Counted from the first letter of the whole stretch, positions 1-12,037 are shown. The stretch is DNA of 63,768 bases, filler included, from Saprolegnia diclina VS20 (GCF_000281045.1; 3 parts of 2 records of this genome joined end to end with filler, not necessarily neighbours in it), one strand, 5' to 3'. Made by a program: numbers and translations. Notes: generated from the sequence alone by a model not told the origin.

Positions 1-234
1 GGGCGGGAGCATATCGGAGCATGCGAGCGCTGAAGGCTTGGACACGCTCGTAGCACTAAAGATAAGAATAAAGATAGCAGAAAGGATGACAAATATGCTC
101 TTGTAGAACTGCCACTCGTAGGCGCCGGCGTTGCCATCGATATCAATCGGGCGGTGCCCGAGGAGCAGCCGCATACGGTGCTGCTGCACAACGCATTCGT
201 GGGTCTCCAAGAGGGTGTTGACGGGACATGCCAT
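1..234 (-). CDS. Partial ORF resembling the N-terminus of a long-chain acyl-CoA synthetase (5' end of a gene or a relic; runs off the window)
   Basis: ATG at 234 reads MACPVNTLLETHECVVQQHRMRLLLGHRPIDIDGNAGAYEWQFYK with no stop to position 1. The TL...LG.R...G..G.YEWQ.Y pattern resembles LACS N-termini, but similarity fades after FYK. Not in the ORF track. Confidence 0.4.
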   Translation of the reverse strand, partial: MACPVNTLLETHECVVQQHRMRLLLGHRPIDIDGNAGAYEWQFYKSIFVILSAIFILIFSATSVSKPSALACSDMLPP

Positions 235-422
235 TGCTCACGAGGTGGCAAAATGCAAAATGCAGCCTGGTGCATTTTATTCCACGGTTGCCGACTCGCC
301 TCAGTGCAGTGAGAGATGTGCGCCAATCACCAAGTTGCAGCGTCAAGTGCGCAATGTTTGCTGCACTGTCCTAACGCGTTACACGCTGGATTATTTTTGT
401 CCCTAGCTCAGTTGGTCGCAAA

Positions 423-2677
423 ATGCTCGGGAAGAAGGGCCCGACCGAGCTCAGCCTTCCGCGGCTCGACGATCGCGCCAAGCAGCACAAGAACCTCAAG
501 GTAGTCGAGAGGCGAGAAGTTGTATCTGCACAGCGACGTAGATCATTGAGCAATTTCTGACGGCGGAGAACTCGCGCGAGCTGCAGCTGGCGCAATGCAA
601 GAGCCGCGAGAAGCGCGTGCTCATGGAAAAAGAGTTTGCGTACCAGCGCCACGAAGAGTCGCTGCTATTGGACCGCCTCCTGCATGACGCGCCGCCGTCC
701 TTCCAAGACGTTGAAGACGACGTCAACAAGATGCTCGAAGCCAACAAACTCCGGCTCGAGTCCATCTCGACGCATAAAGCGCTGCCGTACAAGGCGACGC
801 GCGGCGGGAGAGGCCGGCCAATCAAGCAACCGAAGAAGTACGGCAAACCCATCAAGAAGCGAGTCGCGGCCAAGAAACCTGTGCCGTTGATCATGCCCAG
901 TCTCTCCAACCCGACGCTTCCAGGAGCAGCGTTCGAGGGCCGCGCCAAAACGCCGGTGAAGCGGTCAGCGTCCCGCGTCACGATCAACGAGTCGGACGCG
1001 CTCCCGACCTTTATGGACGCGTACTTGAGCCCGGACCGGATCGTGGTGACAGCCACCGAGCACAGCAAGGACGTCGTGCTCGACGTCGACGGGTACCAGG
1101 TGATCGTACACCGCAAAGAGGTCTCGGACCGGCCGTACACCGTCGGCATCTCGAGCCTGCGGACGATGCGGTCGCCGTCGAAACCGGAATCGCTCGTCGC
1201 CGACACTGAAGCCGCCCTCGAGTCCATTCAACTCGTCGCGATCGAAGAGCGGAACCAAGTCCCGAGCCGCGAGGCGCCACCACCGACGGCTCGAGATGTC
1301 GAGGGCGAAACCCAGGCTTTGCAAGACACGGAGCTCCGTGAAGACACGGCAAGCGCAGTGGAGCCAAAAGCAAATGCCAATGAAGACACGGAGGTCATCG
1401 TCCACGAGCGCCCAGAAGTGGCTGTGAGCGAGGGCAACCTCGCTCCAGATGCGGACGAGAGAACCGCGCTCCCAGAACCGGAGTTGTTGCTCGCCGACAG
1501 TCCGAGCGACGAGTACGCCGGCGAGACGTTTGTCATCGGCTCGGACTCGCCGGTTGCCGACAGCACGCTAGACGAGCCGCCAGTCACGATGCTCGACACT
1601 GCGGAAGACATTGGTTCATCGAGCACTCTGGAGACAACCCTTGGCGAGCAATCACTTCCTGCAACGACCGGCGTCGAGACGGCTGTCGAGTCGGATATTG
1701 GTGATGCCGACGCCCCAGTCATCGATTCCTCGGAGCTAGAAGCTGCCACATCAAGTGGGTCGGAAGAGCTCGCATCGGTATTTTGCGACGATGCGGCGAC
1801 GACGACCCCCGAGGCTTTGGCCGAGGTCCATTCTGGCGCTGCAACGCTGCCACCGCCTGAGCCTGAGCCTGCGGGCGCGGTGGAGCCAGCGCCAGTGTTT
1901 CTATCCACAGTCGACATGCCTCTTGAGCCACCAAGCACATTACCAGAGGCGATCGCATCCGAGGTAGAGCTCCCAACAAGAGAGGACTCCGGCTCTATCG
2001 ACGGAGCTCCCAGTGACTTAACGCCTTCCGAGCCGTCGACGCCCGAAGGCTCAGATGTGGTCGAGCCTGACCGCTCCTGCACCGACGTTGACACTACGGC
2101 AGCAGCGCCAGATGAAAATCGCGAGCCACCGGCAGGCGACACGGCACTGCCTCCGACAGGCGCCGAGAACGAGCCTAGTGACATCGAGAAAGAGACTGCC
2201 ATCAGCGACGACAGGTCGCCACCTTGTGACAAGCCAGCACCGTCCGAGAGCACGTCCGAGTCACAGCAAGCGACGTCCGAGACGACAAGTTGCGACGAGA
2301 CACGCCCCACGAGTACCAGTGGCAGTGACGACAGTGCGTCGACGACGGTCCAAAACGACGTCGTCGATCCGCTTCAGAGCGCAGCCTCCATGGTCCTCCA
2401 GCGACACTACCGCGGGCACGTCGGGCGAAAGCATTTTCAAAGGACGCTCTACACCGAGGCGCAAGCGTGCGGCGTGCTCGGTGCGATGCCTGGCACAGTC
2501 CAAGGCGCGACCGGCTGGTACCAAGAGCCCAAGACGCACGTTGCGCACTACTTCGTCGTGCTCGCGACCGGCGAGTGGAAGCACAAGGTCAAGCTGCACT
2601 GCCGCCAGCCGATTTTGACCAAGTACGAGATGCGCAAGTTTGTCACGAGCACGATCGACGTCATGGACGACACCTAA
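423..2677 (+). CDS. IQ-motif protein with a long acidic, low-complexity middle region
   Basis: ATG 423, intron 501-541 (GT..AG, 41 nt) joins in frame to ORF 617-2677. C-terminal IQ-like motif ASMVLQRHYRGHVGRKHF. The central region is rich in E/D/S/T/P. Confidence 0.75.
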
Positions 2678-2712
2678 GGACGACTGAAAATGAAAAATCT
2701 TATTTTTCTTAT

Positions 2713-5310
2713 TTACTGGCGCCCGCCAAAGACCGCCGAGGGCACGCTCTTCTCTTCAATCTCCATGTCGTCCAGGTCGATTTCTTCCTCGTTGACCGCA
2801 GACGCCTCGTCGTCATCGTCCAAGTCGATCTCTTCGGCGTTGGCCGTCTTGGCCTTCTTGGCCGGCGGCTCGGTCTCTTCCTCGTCAACGTTGGTGCGCT
2901 CGAGGTCGACCATGGCGTCGCCCGTCGTGGCCGCCGGCACCATGCCGAGGCTTGTCGCCGCGCTGTTGACGCCAATGTAGTTGACCTGCGCGTACTGCGT
3001 GCTCACGCTGCGCTTGATGCGCAGCATCTCCAAGAACGAATCTTCCGAGCCGTGGCCAATCTCAAACGCGTGCCAGACCGACCAGAAGTCCGCTTCGTGC
3101 AAGCGCGGATCGCAAAACTGCGACGCATGGCGGTACACGGCGCGCGCGCGCTCGAGCTCGCCGAGCGCCGTCTCGAACGACGCAAACTTGAGCGCGAGCT
3201 GCCACACGAGCGCGTCTGGAAGGTGCTCCATCGCGCGCTCGTAAATCTTGCGCGTGTGCACGACGCCCGAGAGCGCTTGCGCCTTGGCCACGTACAGCGA
3301 ATACATGGCCAGCTGCGACGGCCCTTCGAGTGCGTTCGTCGCGCGTTCGTAGATGGCTTGGGCGTTGCGCCAGAGCCCGTACGTTTCTTCGACGCGAGCG
3401 TACTCGGTGTAGAGCACGGACGCCATGTCGACGGGCGGCAGCGCCTTGTCGCTGGATGTCGACACGGGCGTCGTCGGTACGAGCGCCAGCACTTGGTTGA
3501 AGAGGTCGCGCGCGCGCTCGAGCTTTCGGCTTTCGTAGCGCGAAACAAAGCTCTTGAGGTACGCGAGCCAAATGTCGTAGACGTGCGGGAATGGAAAGAG
3601 CGCAATCGCGCGCTCAAAGACCTGGAAGCTGTCTTCAAAGAACTCGTGCTCTTGCAGGTACGCCGTGTACTGCAGCACCAAGGCCGGCGTCACAATCTTG
3701 AGCTCAAACGTCCGGTCGTACGCTGCTTTTGTGCTGCGCACGTCGCCAAGGCTCTCCTCCAAGTCGAGACGCAGCGCCCAGAGCTTCATCGACTTGCGGT
3801 AGCTGCCGCAGCCCGCGCGAACAATGTCGAGCGCCAGATCGAACTCCTCGAGACGGAGCTCCATCTCGGCGTGCGCGCAGACGATCGCCGCGTACTCGTC
3901 CGCAGCCTTCAGCTTGCCTTCGCTCAGCGCTTTGGCAAAGATCTTGCGCGCGTTGGCAGCGTCGCCGTGGGTCTCGTAGAACGCGGCGAAGGCGATCCAG
4001 AGGCTGCTGACCTTGGTCGCTTGGCCCGGATCGATCGTCGTGAGCGCCTCCGTGTACGTATGAACGACCGCGATCGGGTCTTGCATGAGACCGACGCGCT
4101 TGGTCCACTCCTTGACCGAGTGCGGGTTTTGCCGCAGCAGGACCGCGTTCACGAGCTTGGGCCGGCGCTCGGCGAGGTCTTCGTAGAGCTGCAAGAGGCG
4201 GTCGACCTCGGCGGAAGAGCTCGCAGTCTCGCTCATCTCGGACGCGATCATGGCTTCGATGAACTTGACGTACGCGTCGAAAATGACGCTAAAGTCGCGC
4301 ACCGTGAGGACCGCGAGGAGCGCTTCTTCGTAAATGTCGCGCGCCGACTCGAACATGCCAAGGCGGATGTAGTACGTCGCAAGCGCACACCAGAGCCGCC
4401 CAACCTCGTCCGTGAAGAGCGAGAGGCCGCTGCGGAGGATGCGGTCGATGTGCAGGCTGGACGAGACCTGCTCTGGGTGCTGCGACACCATCGTGCACAG
4501 CAGCATCCACAGGTCGTGGCGCGACGCCTTCGTGCTTTCTTGGTCGTCGTTGATGAGCTGGACGAGTTGAACGCTCGCTTCTTCGTACCTAGAGTAGAAA
4601 GGCGATAGCAAGAGAGACATGCGTAGCTGTACATACTGCTCGATGGACTGGAGGTAGCGCACGTACGCCTCGCGGCCCGTCGGCTCGAGCATGAGGTAGC
4701 GCCGGTAGACCGAGATCGCGGTCTGGTGCACACCTTGCTCGTGCACAAACTCGAGGTACGGGCTCCAGATGCGCTTGTGCTGTGTGATAGGCAGCGCACG
4801 GAGCGCGCGGTCAAAAACACGGCGCGTGGCCGTGCCAAGGCGCAACGTACGCAGTAGCGCCGTGTAGTTGAGCCAGATGCGGGGCATCTTGTGCAAGTGG
4901 ACAAGTGCGTCTTCGTAGAGCTGGCGAAGGTCGTTGTACTCGGGCGCGTCGATGCGCAGGCCGCGGATCAACTGGTGCGTCTCGTCGATGAACCGCTTCC
5001 AGAGCTTGTAGCTCAACGGCACGAGCGCGAGCGCCCGGCGAAAGAGCTTGATGCGACGCTCCGGCAGCTTGTGCGTCGTCGCGTCGACCTCGTTCGCGGT
5101 CAAGTTGAGGTACGACGTCCATGTTTCGACCGAGTACGGGCTGCGGGCCAAACTGTCCTCAAACTCGGCTTCCAGCGCAGCTTCCGTCTACCATGCAGCC
5201 ATGAGCCTGGCACCATACAAACATGGCATCGGACAGCCCATGCTCATGACGACAGCATCTACCTGAAGGAAGGCGCGGACGTCGTCCATCTCCACGAGGG
5301 CCGCGGTCAT
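2713..5310 (-). CDS. SYF1: Pre-mRNA splicing factor SYF1/XAB2 (HAT/TPR repeats)
   Basis: Motifs SYKLW, HKMPRIW, RRVFDRALRALPITQHKRIW, LLRQNPHSVKEW, KLERARDLF, FEIGHGSEDSFLEMLRIKRSV and the NxEEIDL tail. ATG 5310; introns 5188-5262 and 4589-4636 (in-frame). Confidence 0.95.
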
Positions 5311-5518
5311 CTTGCGGTCGGAGCGCTCGGTTAGATTTCCACACAATCCGAAACCTCTGGGCTTTCATATGTATTTTCACAGGTTAAAAAACTCTTGGGA
5401 TTTGTATTGCGTACTTTAGCATGCTAAATGGTCAGATCATTGCTCAAAATGGCTCCAACATTCAAGCCAGAGCCTACTGCCATCAACCTCTGTCCTTCAC
5501 AGTACTAGGATCAACTGA

Positions 5519-5558
5519 AGCTAACTGCGGAGGTTGTAGCTAACTGCGGAGGTTGTAG
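5519..5558. repeat. 19-bp direct tandem duplication AGCTAACTGCGGAGGTTGT x2
   Basis: Exact copies at 5519-5537 and 5538-5556, in the divergent intergenic region upstream of SYF1. Confidence 0.9.
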
Positions 5559-5846
5559 TACTGGTCACTCGAGGTTATCTGGCACATGCTACCTCTTCTA
5601 CGTCACGTCGCGGAAGGTAGTTCCGGCCATTATCTGACCTTTCTAGCCGTTAAATGGTGTGTCTGATTATTTTATTCCAGAATAATAGCTTGGTTTGAGT
5701 ATGCAATAAAAAGAATATTTTCATTTCGGGCGTCCTGTATTATATGACTTGATATTTGTATCGGGCGGAATTAAAAGACGCGCGCCTTGACGTACGAGGC
5801 AATTGCAACCAACCACGACACAGTTGCGAAAATCCCATCGGCGCCC

Positions 5847-6238
5847 ATGCACCACGTCCTCGCCCGCGCGGTCCGCGCCGTGTCCGTCCCCAAGCCGGGT
5901 ACCTCATGCGGCGCTAGGCGCAAGTAGACGTCTCATATGTGTGCACTAGCCTTCCTCTCGACGTTCTCGCAGGTCCCGTCGGGCTTTGCGCAGGCCCCGT
6001 CGACGCTCACGCGCCCGCCGATCCTCTTCAACCCCTACGACGCCTTGGACGCGGTGCTGGAGAACATGCGCCTGTCCTCGGAGCCCCTCCCTGGCATGCA
6101 ACTCGTAGGTAGAAACTCGCGCAAGCCCAAGAAGGTACATCTCTCGTCGCTGCATGCCCAGGCTCACGCAGATGCTAGGCCAACCACGGCAAGCGCCCGT
6201 GCTCGCACGTCCGTCGCCGCTCGCGACGACTGAAGTAA
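5847..6238 (+). CDS. Small basic protein (98 aa), putative mitoribosomal bL37-like
   Basis: Exons 5847-5898, 5950-6134 and 6179-6238 (GT-AG introns of 51 and 44 nt) give MHHVLARAVRAVSVPKPAFLSTFSQ...GMQLVGRNSRKPKKANHGKRPCSHVRRRSRRLK. The N-terminus is presequence-like; KANHGKRP matches my recollection of actinobacterial bL37. Confidence 0.7.
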
Positions 6239-6296
6239 ATAGACACATGCACAGTAGACTTGCGTATACGAATCGATTGGGCGGCCGTCGTTAATC

Positions 6297-7599
6297 TCAT
6301 ATGACTTGGGTCTCATCGTCGTCGTCTCCTTGCGTCGGTGGCACCTGCGACGCAGTACCAAAGCGCGTCGCCGGAAAGTCGAGCTCGGCGTCGCTGTCCG
6401 ACTCCTCTTCGAGCAGCGTCGCGGCTTCGTCGAGCGCCTTGGACGTCCGCGGTCGTCGCGTCTCCGTCGTCTCCACCATGTCCCGCAAAATCGACGTCCG
6501 CGCTTCGTACTCCATGACGTCGCCGGCTTCTTCGTCGCTCGGGAGCTCGTAGTCCTCGTCGATGGCCTGGGAGGCAGGCTCCTCCATCTGCGACGCAGGC
6601 TCGACAGCGGCTTGCGACGGCGCTTCCTCGGCGTCAACAGCAGGATCGTCGTCGACCTCATCAGCAGGCGCATCGTCGACCTCGTCCGCAGGCTCGTCGG
6701 TAGCGTCACGAGGCTCGTCGGCAGTGTCATCTGGCTTCTCGGCAACCGTCGAGAGAGGCGGCGACTCGGCCTCGGTCACGTTGTCACTGGGCTCGGCCGA
6801 TCTCGGCGCAGCCTTGAGAGACGGCGCTTGGAATTCTTCCTCATCGCTCGACTTGTCGTTGGATGGCTCCTGGGCTGGCACCTTGCGGGCGTCGTCGCGC
6901 GTGGACGCGAGCATGGCCTCGTACTCGAGGAGCGCTTCCATATCCTGCTCTGCCGTGAGCGCATCGTCGAACGAGTCGCTGCGCGGAGCGTCACGCGGCA
7001 GGGCTTGGCTAGAGCTGCTGCTATCGCGCGGGGCATAGCTCGCGCTGCTGCTATCGCGCGTCGATGCTGTGGAATTCACGATCTCGGCAAAGTCGGGCTC
7101 GGGCTCGCCGCGCTTGGCTTCCTTCGACCGCAGTTCTTGGAGAAGCTCGCCCACCTATCCCTCAGCATGAGACACACGATGACACTGCGCTAGTGCATAC
7201 CGCGGCCTTCTTGGCAATCGCTTCGGTGCGGTCGACAAAGTCCTCAAAGCGCAGGGCCGGAAACAACTCGAACGCCCACTCCTTGTAGCACGTCATGAGA
7301 TCGCGCAGCGCCAACGCTTCTTGGCCTTCCGGAATGGCCGTGTTGAAGTGGCCCGGGAACGAGTTGTAGACTGCGCGGAAACCTCGGTCGCTTAGCAAAT
7401 GCTGCTCCGAGAAGATGTTGCGCTTCTTTCGCGGCTTGGCCTCCGGCGCAGGCTCCTCGGGCGCACCTCCGGCTGGAGGCTCTCCGTCATCGCCAAGGCC
7501 CATAAAGTCGCTCGATGCACCCGGCGCGGGCCGCTTCCGGGCCCCGGCGTCTACAGGTCGGCGCAAGATCGACGCCCCATCTTCCCACGACGACGCCAT
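6297..7599 (-). CDS. TIPIN: Replication fork protection complex subunit TIPIN/Csm3/Swi3 with acidic tail
   Basis: Swi3-type domain LLSDRGF...EGQEALALRDLMTCYKEWAFELFPALRFEDFVDRTE. ATG 7599; intron 7155-7200 (46 nt) joins ORFs 7162-7758 and 6297-7154. Confidence 0.88.
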
Positions 7600-8062
7600 C
7601 CTGCCAAATGGAGTTTCGCGGCAAATGCCTACCGGATACGATACATTATCCGGAATATCGAAGCGAGGCTCGGTCAACGAGGCGCCAAAAGCTGCCAAGG
7701 CGGACAGCCATGATGAAGTGCTATAAGAGCTTATCGACGTAGGGGCCTTCTTCGCCATACAAACACCGCAAATTGCATGCCGAGCGTAGGTTTGTTGCGT
7801 CCTTCCGGTCGGCCGTGATTTCTGGCAGCTGTGCAGGAGGCTTCGTCAGCGGCTCTCTAAGGCTCAAACAGCTGCAAAGCCCTTTCAAGGCCATCGCCGT
7901 GATACCAGCACCTCGCGCTGCTTCGCAGAGTGGCTCGTGCTACGACGACCATTGTGGCAGGTACAGGCCAGGACAGTTGATACTGGCATGGAGGATATAT
8001 TAGGGAAAGGAGCTGTAAATATGTAGTTAATGTACGTAGAGTAGATAGAGAAACTTGCTGCT

Positions 8063-8944
8063 TCACTTCAATGCTGGAAGCGTGAAGCGGAACATGAGCG
8101 GGCGGTCGGCTTGCATCGAGCAACGTGGCGGCGACGGCAACTTGGGAGGCTCATGCTCGCCAAAGATGATTTCGTCGATGCCAGAGAACATGTTCGGGTC
8201 GTTCCCGGCTGGCACGAGCTCGTCGGGCCACAAAAAGTGGTCGTCAATGGGCACGTCGCAAAAGTGCAAGGGGCTGCCGGGCAGCGAGAGCGCGAACGAC
8301 GACGACTCGGGCGACTGTGCGTCGTCGCTGGTCTCACATAGGCTCTCCATATCCTGCGTCTCTTCGGATTTGGACTTCTTGACGCTTTCGATGGCTTCGG
8401 TCGGCGGCGCGCGCTTGTGCGTCATAATCAACGTCTTGACGAGCATCTCGAGGTTCGAAAGCTGCGACGAGAGCTGGTGGTACTGGGTCTGCAAGGTAGA
8501 CACCTGCTCCTTGAGCGCGCCCATGTCGTCGGTCTCGCAGGACGCGGACGCAGGCGGCGCCTCCGAGTACGTCTTGCGGCGGATGGTGCTCATGAGCTGC
8601 GGCGCCGCCCGGACAAACTTGGGGTGGTAAAACTCCCACCAGTACTGCATCCCCGTCTCGGCGACGGTCGCGTACGAGTCGCCAAAGAGCATTTCGTCGC
8701 GCTTGTACTTGCGGAAGCCGTAAAAGTTGAGCTGGCGCACGAACGAGGCAAAGTTGCTGTGCTTGAAATACTGCGGCAGGATCGTCCGCGCAAACTCCTG
8801 CGGGTCCTTGACGACGACGGTCCGGCCTTCGTGGGCCCACGACGCGACCGCCGCCGGCGCCTCGTCGAAGAGCGCGTACGTCTTCTGGAGGAACACGGGC
8901 GCGGCCTTGGCTGGCGCTGGCTTTGTCGGTGTTGGCTTGGTCAT
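8063..8944 (-). CDS. HSF-type DNA-binding transcription factor, array copy 1
   Basis: PVFLQKTY...[24 protein letters not shown]...WWEFYHPKFVR..PQLMSTIRRK, then heptad coiled coil LKEQVSTLQTQYHQLSSQLSNL. Intronless; ATG 8944. Confidence 0.93.
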   Translation of the reverse strand: MTKPTPTKPAPAKAAPVFLQKTYALFDEAPAAVASWAHEGRTVVVKDPQEFARTILPQYFKHSNFASFVRQLNFYGFRKYKRDEMLFGDSYATVAETGMQYWWEFYHPKFVRAAPQLMSTIRRKTYSEAPPASASCETDDMGALKEQVSTLQTQYHQLSSQLSNLEMLVKTLIMTHKRAPPTEAIESVKKSKSEETQDMESLCETSDDAQSPESSSFALSLPGSPLHFCDVPIDDHFLWPDELVPAGNDPNMFSGIDEIIFGEHEPPKLPSPPRCSMQADRPLMFRFTLPALK

Positions 8945-9866
8945 TTCGGCCAAAGGTGTGCAAATGTTGGTCGTTCGTTTTCTCGAAGTTCGTTATCTTG
9001 CAGATTGTATAGGTCACTTGTTCCTCTGCGATTGGACAAAAAGGAGCCACCGAAAAACCTTTTTGGCCAATGGCAGCGACGAAGTCCAAACAGGACAAAA
9101 ACGAGGACAAAACCAAGCGCTAAAAACACGCAGCTTCAAGGGGTACCAGCGCTCAACCTCCCTGAGAAAGACTTGGTCAAGCATGGCTCGATGGAGAGTG
9201 CAGTTGCAATAAGACGTAGTACGAATGCGCGCCTTGAGTCGCACTTTCTCCCACAGCCTGCAGCGATCCTTGGCGTTGATGGTGGCTGTCACCGCTGGCT
9301 ACAGTGTATCGATCATGCGGCTGCACGCATGCTTGGGCAGCTCCTTGAGGCGCCTCCATTGCGCATATGGGAGGGCGATTTATTGGTTAGCTATCATTAT
9401 TGTTCTATCGTTATCGTTAATACTGCGGACTGACTCGCCATAAACCGATCTCGCACCCGTGAAGCCAGCGAGGCCTCCAGAGCGAACCTCGATGCTAACG
9501 CTAGGAACAAGCTCGCAGCACCAGCCAAGCTATGGCGGCAGGATACGGCCGGTGCTCAACATGCAAATTGTGCTGCGACAGACGACGCTATATCAACGTT
9601 CGAGGCTTATTCCGCTGCCAAACTCGCCAACGAAAGAAGTGGTTACTATACAAGCGGGCACCACGTGGGCTGTGCTGGGACGAAATGGGCGGCGCTGCTC
9701 CACCACAAGTGCGGTGATGACCCTACTCTCGGGCCTGTGGTCTCGCAAACAACCAATCACGAGCGCAGATCGCAACTTGATGTTTAGTAACGCCGTTTTG
9801 ACTAGATCGCGCTTTGTGAGGGCACTTGAGCACAGAGAGATAAGTTAGTGTATTATAGATGTTTGG

Positions 9867-10415
9867 TTAGTAATCCCAGCCGCCGCTCGGCACCACGGTG
9901 AGGGGCTGCTGCGGCAGCTCGAGGATCTCAAACACTTCGTCGAGGAGGTCGGCGTCGTCGGCACTCGCTTGGGCCGAGAGGCAGCACCGCCGTTCTTGGG
10001 TCAGGTGCGAGACGAGCGCGGTGAGGTGCGAGACCTGGTCCCCGATCTCATTCATCTCGATCTGGAGCGACGTCGGGCTATGGTCGTCGTCGTCGGCTCG
10101 CTGAACGTAGCGGAGGCGTTCGGGCTGCTCGAGCACAAAGTGCGTGTGGCAAAACTCCCAGTCGCCCGACGCGCTCTTGAAGTTGCGGAAGCCAAATGTG
10201 TGGAGCTGGCGCACGAAGAGCACGAGGTTGCAGTGGCCAAAGTACTGCGGCAGCACCTCGTGGGCGAAGCGGTGGAGGTCGTGGATCACCACCGCGGTCC
10301 CCTCGTGCGTCCAATGGGCAATCGTCACCGGCGCTTGGCAAAAGAGTGCAAACGTCGTGTGGAGGAAGGGGGCGATCGAGAGCTCGAGGCACGTTGGCGA
10401 TGAAGGCGAGAGCAT
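9867..10415 (-). CDS. HSF-type transcription factor, array copy 2 (degenerate recognition helix)
   Basis: LPQYFGHCNLVLFVRQLHTFGFRNFK...WEFCHTHF, coiled coil, DLLDEVFEILE tail. Inr/FPR-like TCATTCTTCAATTG at 10434-10447 supports ATG 10415. Confidence 0.85.
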   Translation of the reverse strand: MLSPSSPTCLELSIAPFLHTTFALFCQAPVTIAHWTHEGTAVVIHDLHRFAHEVLPQYFGHCNLVLFVRQLHTFGFRNFKSASGDWEFCHTHFVLEQPERLRYVQRADDDDHSPTSLQIEMNEIGDQVSHLTALVSHLTQERRCCLSAQASADDADLLDEVFEILELPQQPLTVVPSGGWDY

Positions 10416-11291
10416 ATTTGTGTGACGCAGAGACAATTGAAGAATGACCGTAGACTGCACCGGCCCGTATTTGATTGGCAAAGCTACTCACGTCCCTCCG
10501 GCCGATGCACCTGTTTTTTGGGGCCGCCACGTCGTCGGCCGTCGATTCAGTTCGTTGCCTTGAAGTTTGTAAGGAAATGACATGGCGTCAATGATTGGCC
10601 AATGGCAAAAGCCAATCAGATGCGCGCAACGGTGATTCAGCGAGTGTCGCAAGCCGCATTTTTCCCAGGACACACCTCGCGCACAACGTCATCCCCGCGA
10701 CACAACTTGTCATTTCGGTCAACCGTCGACATGCCAGCCTTGTCTCCATGATCGCTTGAGATAAGAGCGTCGTCACAGACCTCTACTAACCCCAAACTAT
10801 GAAAAGAACTCTTGGCGGTTTGTACTCGTCTCCAGTGACTAATCATGATTAGTACCGGATTTAGGCGCTGTTGGGACTGCCAACACCGCGAGAGATATCG
10901 CGCCAAGGGCTCGAATCGAATAGAGGGATGAGTGATCGCTCCTCGGCGCTCCTTGTCCAGTCGATGCACTGATAGTAGCGGTCGCAACGTTGCCCTAACA
11001 GATTCCCAACAGGGTCCTCGGCTGATATCGCTATCACGGACGTTGTTTATTCGCGTCACGAGGTGAACGGGAAACCTCAAGCACGTCACACCGTTGGGTG
11101 TGTTCAAGCTGATAGCGCGTCGATAGTGCACGGTGGAAAATACATTTTGCGGTACTGGTACACTGTGAGCGCACTTGCGCACTAGCTCGAGGTTGTTGAA
11201 GATAGAATGTGAGCCCCTTGTCATGAGATGGGGCAAGCCGTTTCCACGTCGAGGGTCTGCGGGAACAACAATAAGAGCAATAAGAACATAT

Positions 11292-11972
11292 TCAACAGGT
11301 TATAATTTCGCTGTAGTCTGTCGCATTGACCCTTGACCATGACAAAATATCGAGTACGTCGTCAACCATGCTATAGTCCTCGACCGTCAAAACGCTGACC
11401 ACAGCTCGCCCGACATCAAACGGTTCGAGATCGGCTCTGTCCAGCAACGTAAAGGGAGCTTCGCTACCTTCTCCTTGGGCCCCACCGGGAAAGGAGGTCT
11501 TGTGTGGCTCGTCGAGGCTGGCAATGACCTGCGAGAGCTCTGAGATTTGGCGCGCCGCTTGGTCAAATTGGGTCTGGACAGCCTGGATCTGCCGACGTAG
11601 CGCAACCATCGCAGTCTCGTCCGGCGGTGACGGCTTAGTTGGGCTTGCTACCACCACGGGTGCTGCTTGGTGGCGCTGGATGGTCCGCATGAGCTCTGGC
11701 TTGTGTTGTACGAACGCATCGTGCTGGAACTCCCAGATGACGCCGCTGCCGTCGTCGCGCTTGCACTTGTGGAAGCCGTAAAAGTTGAGCTGCCGCACGA
11801 ACGAGAGAAAGTTGTTGTGCTTGAAGTGGCGCGGGAGGAGCTCGCGCGCAAAGACGTGGGAGTCATGGATCAAGATCGTTGTCCCGTTCCTTGCCCACTC
11901 TGCGAGCTCTCTCGGGGCGCCGGAGAAGAGGATGAAGGTCTTTCGGATGAAGAGAGGTGGTGCTCGGGCCAT
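11292..11972 (-). CDS. HSF-type transcription factor, array copy 3
   Basis: [37 protein letters not shown], coiled coil, [10 protein letters not shown] tail. Confidence 0.92.
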   Translation of the reverse strand: MARAPPLFIRKTFILFSGAPRELAEWARNGTTILIHDSHVFARELLPRHFKHNNFLSFVRQLNFYGFHKCKRDDGSGVIWEFQHDAFVQHKPELMRTIQRHQAAPVVVASPTKPSPPDETAMVALRRQIQAVQTQFDQAARQISELSQVIASLDEPHKTSFPGGAQGEGSEAPFTLLDRADLEPFDVGRAVVSVLTVEDYSMVDDVLDILSWSRVNATDYSEIITC

Positions 11973-12037
11973 GTCCGCCTGCGTTGAAATATTGAGTTAT
12001 GACGACGCCGGGAGATTGTGGACAAAGCCCCTTGGAC

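Noticed and set aside
2467..4608. 713-aa plus-strand ORF, and similar long ORFs at 49320-51725, 39290-40708, 32255-33487 and 1228-2310
   Set aside because: Antisense shadows of real genes. GC3-rich codon usage suppresses stops on the opposite strand, and no recognisable domains are present.
8980..8991. TTCTCGAAGTTC upstream of HSF copy 1 as a heat-shock element for autoregulation
   Set aside because: Only two correctly spaced nGAAn units; the third is out of register. No three-unit element was spotted by eye in the array, though a PWM scan is still needed.
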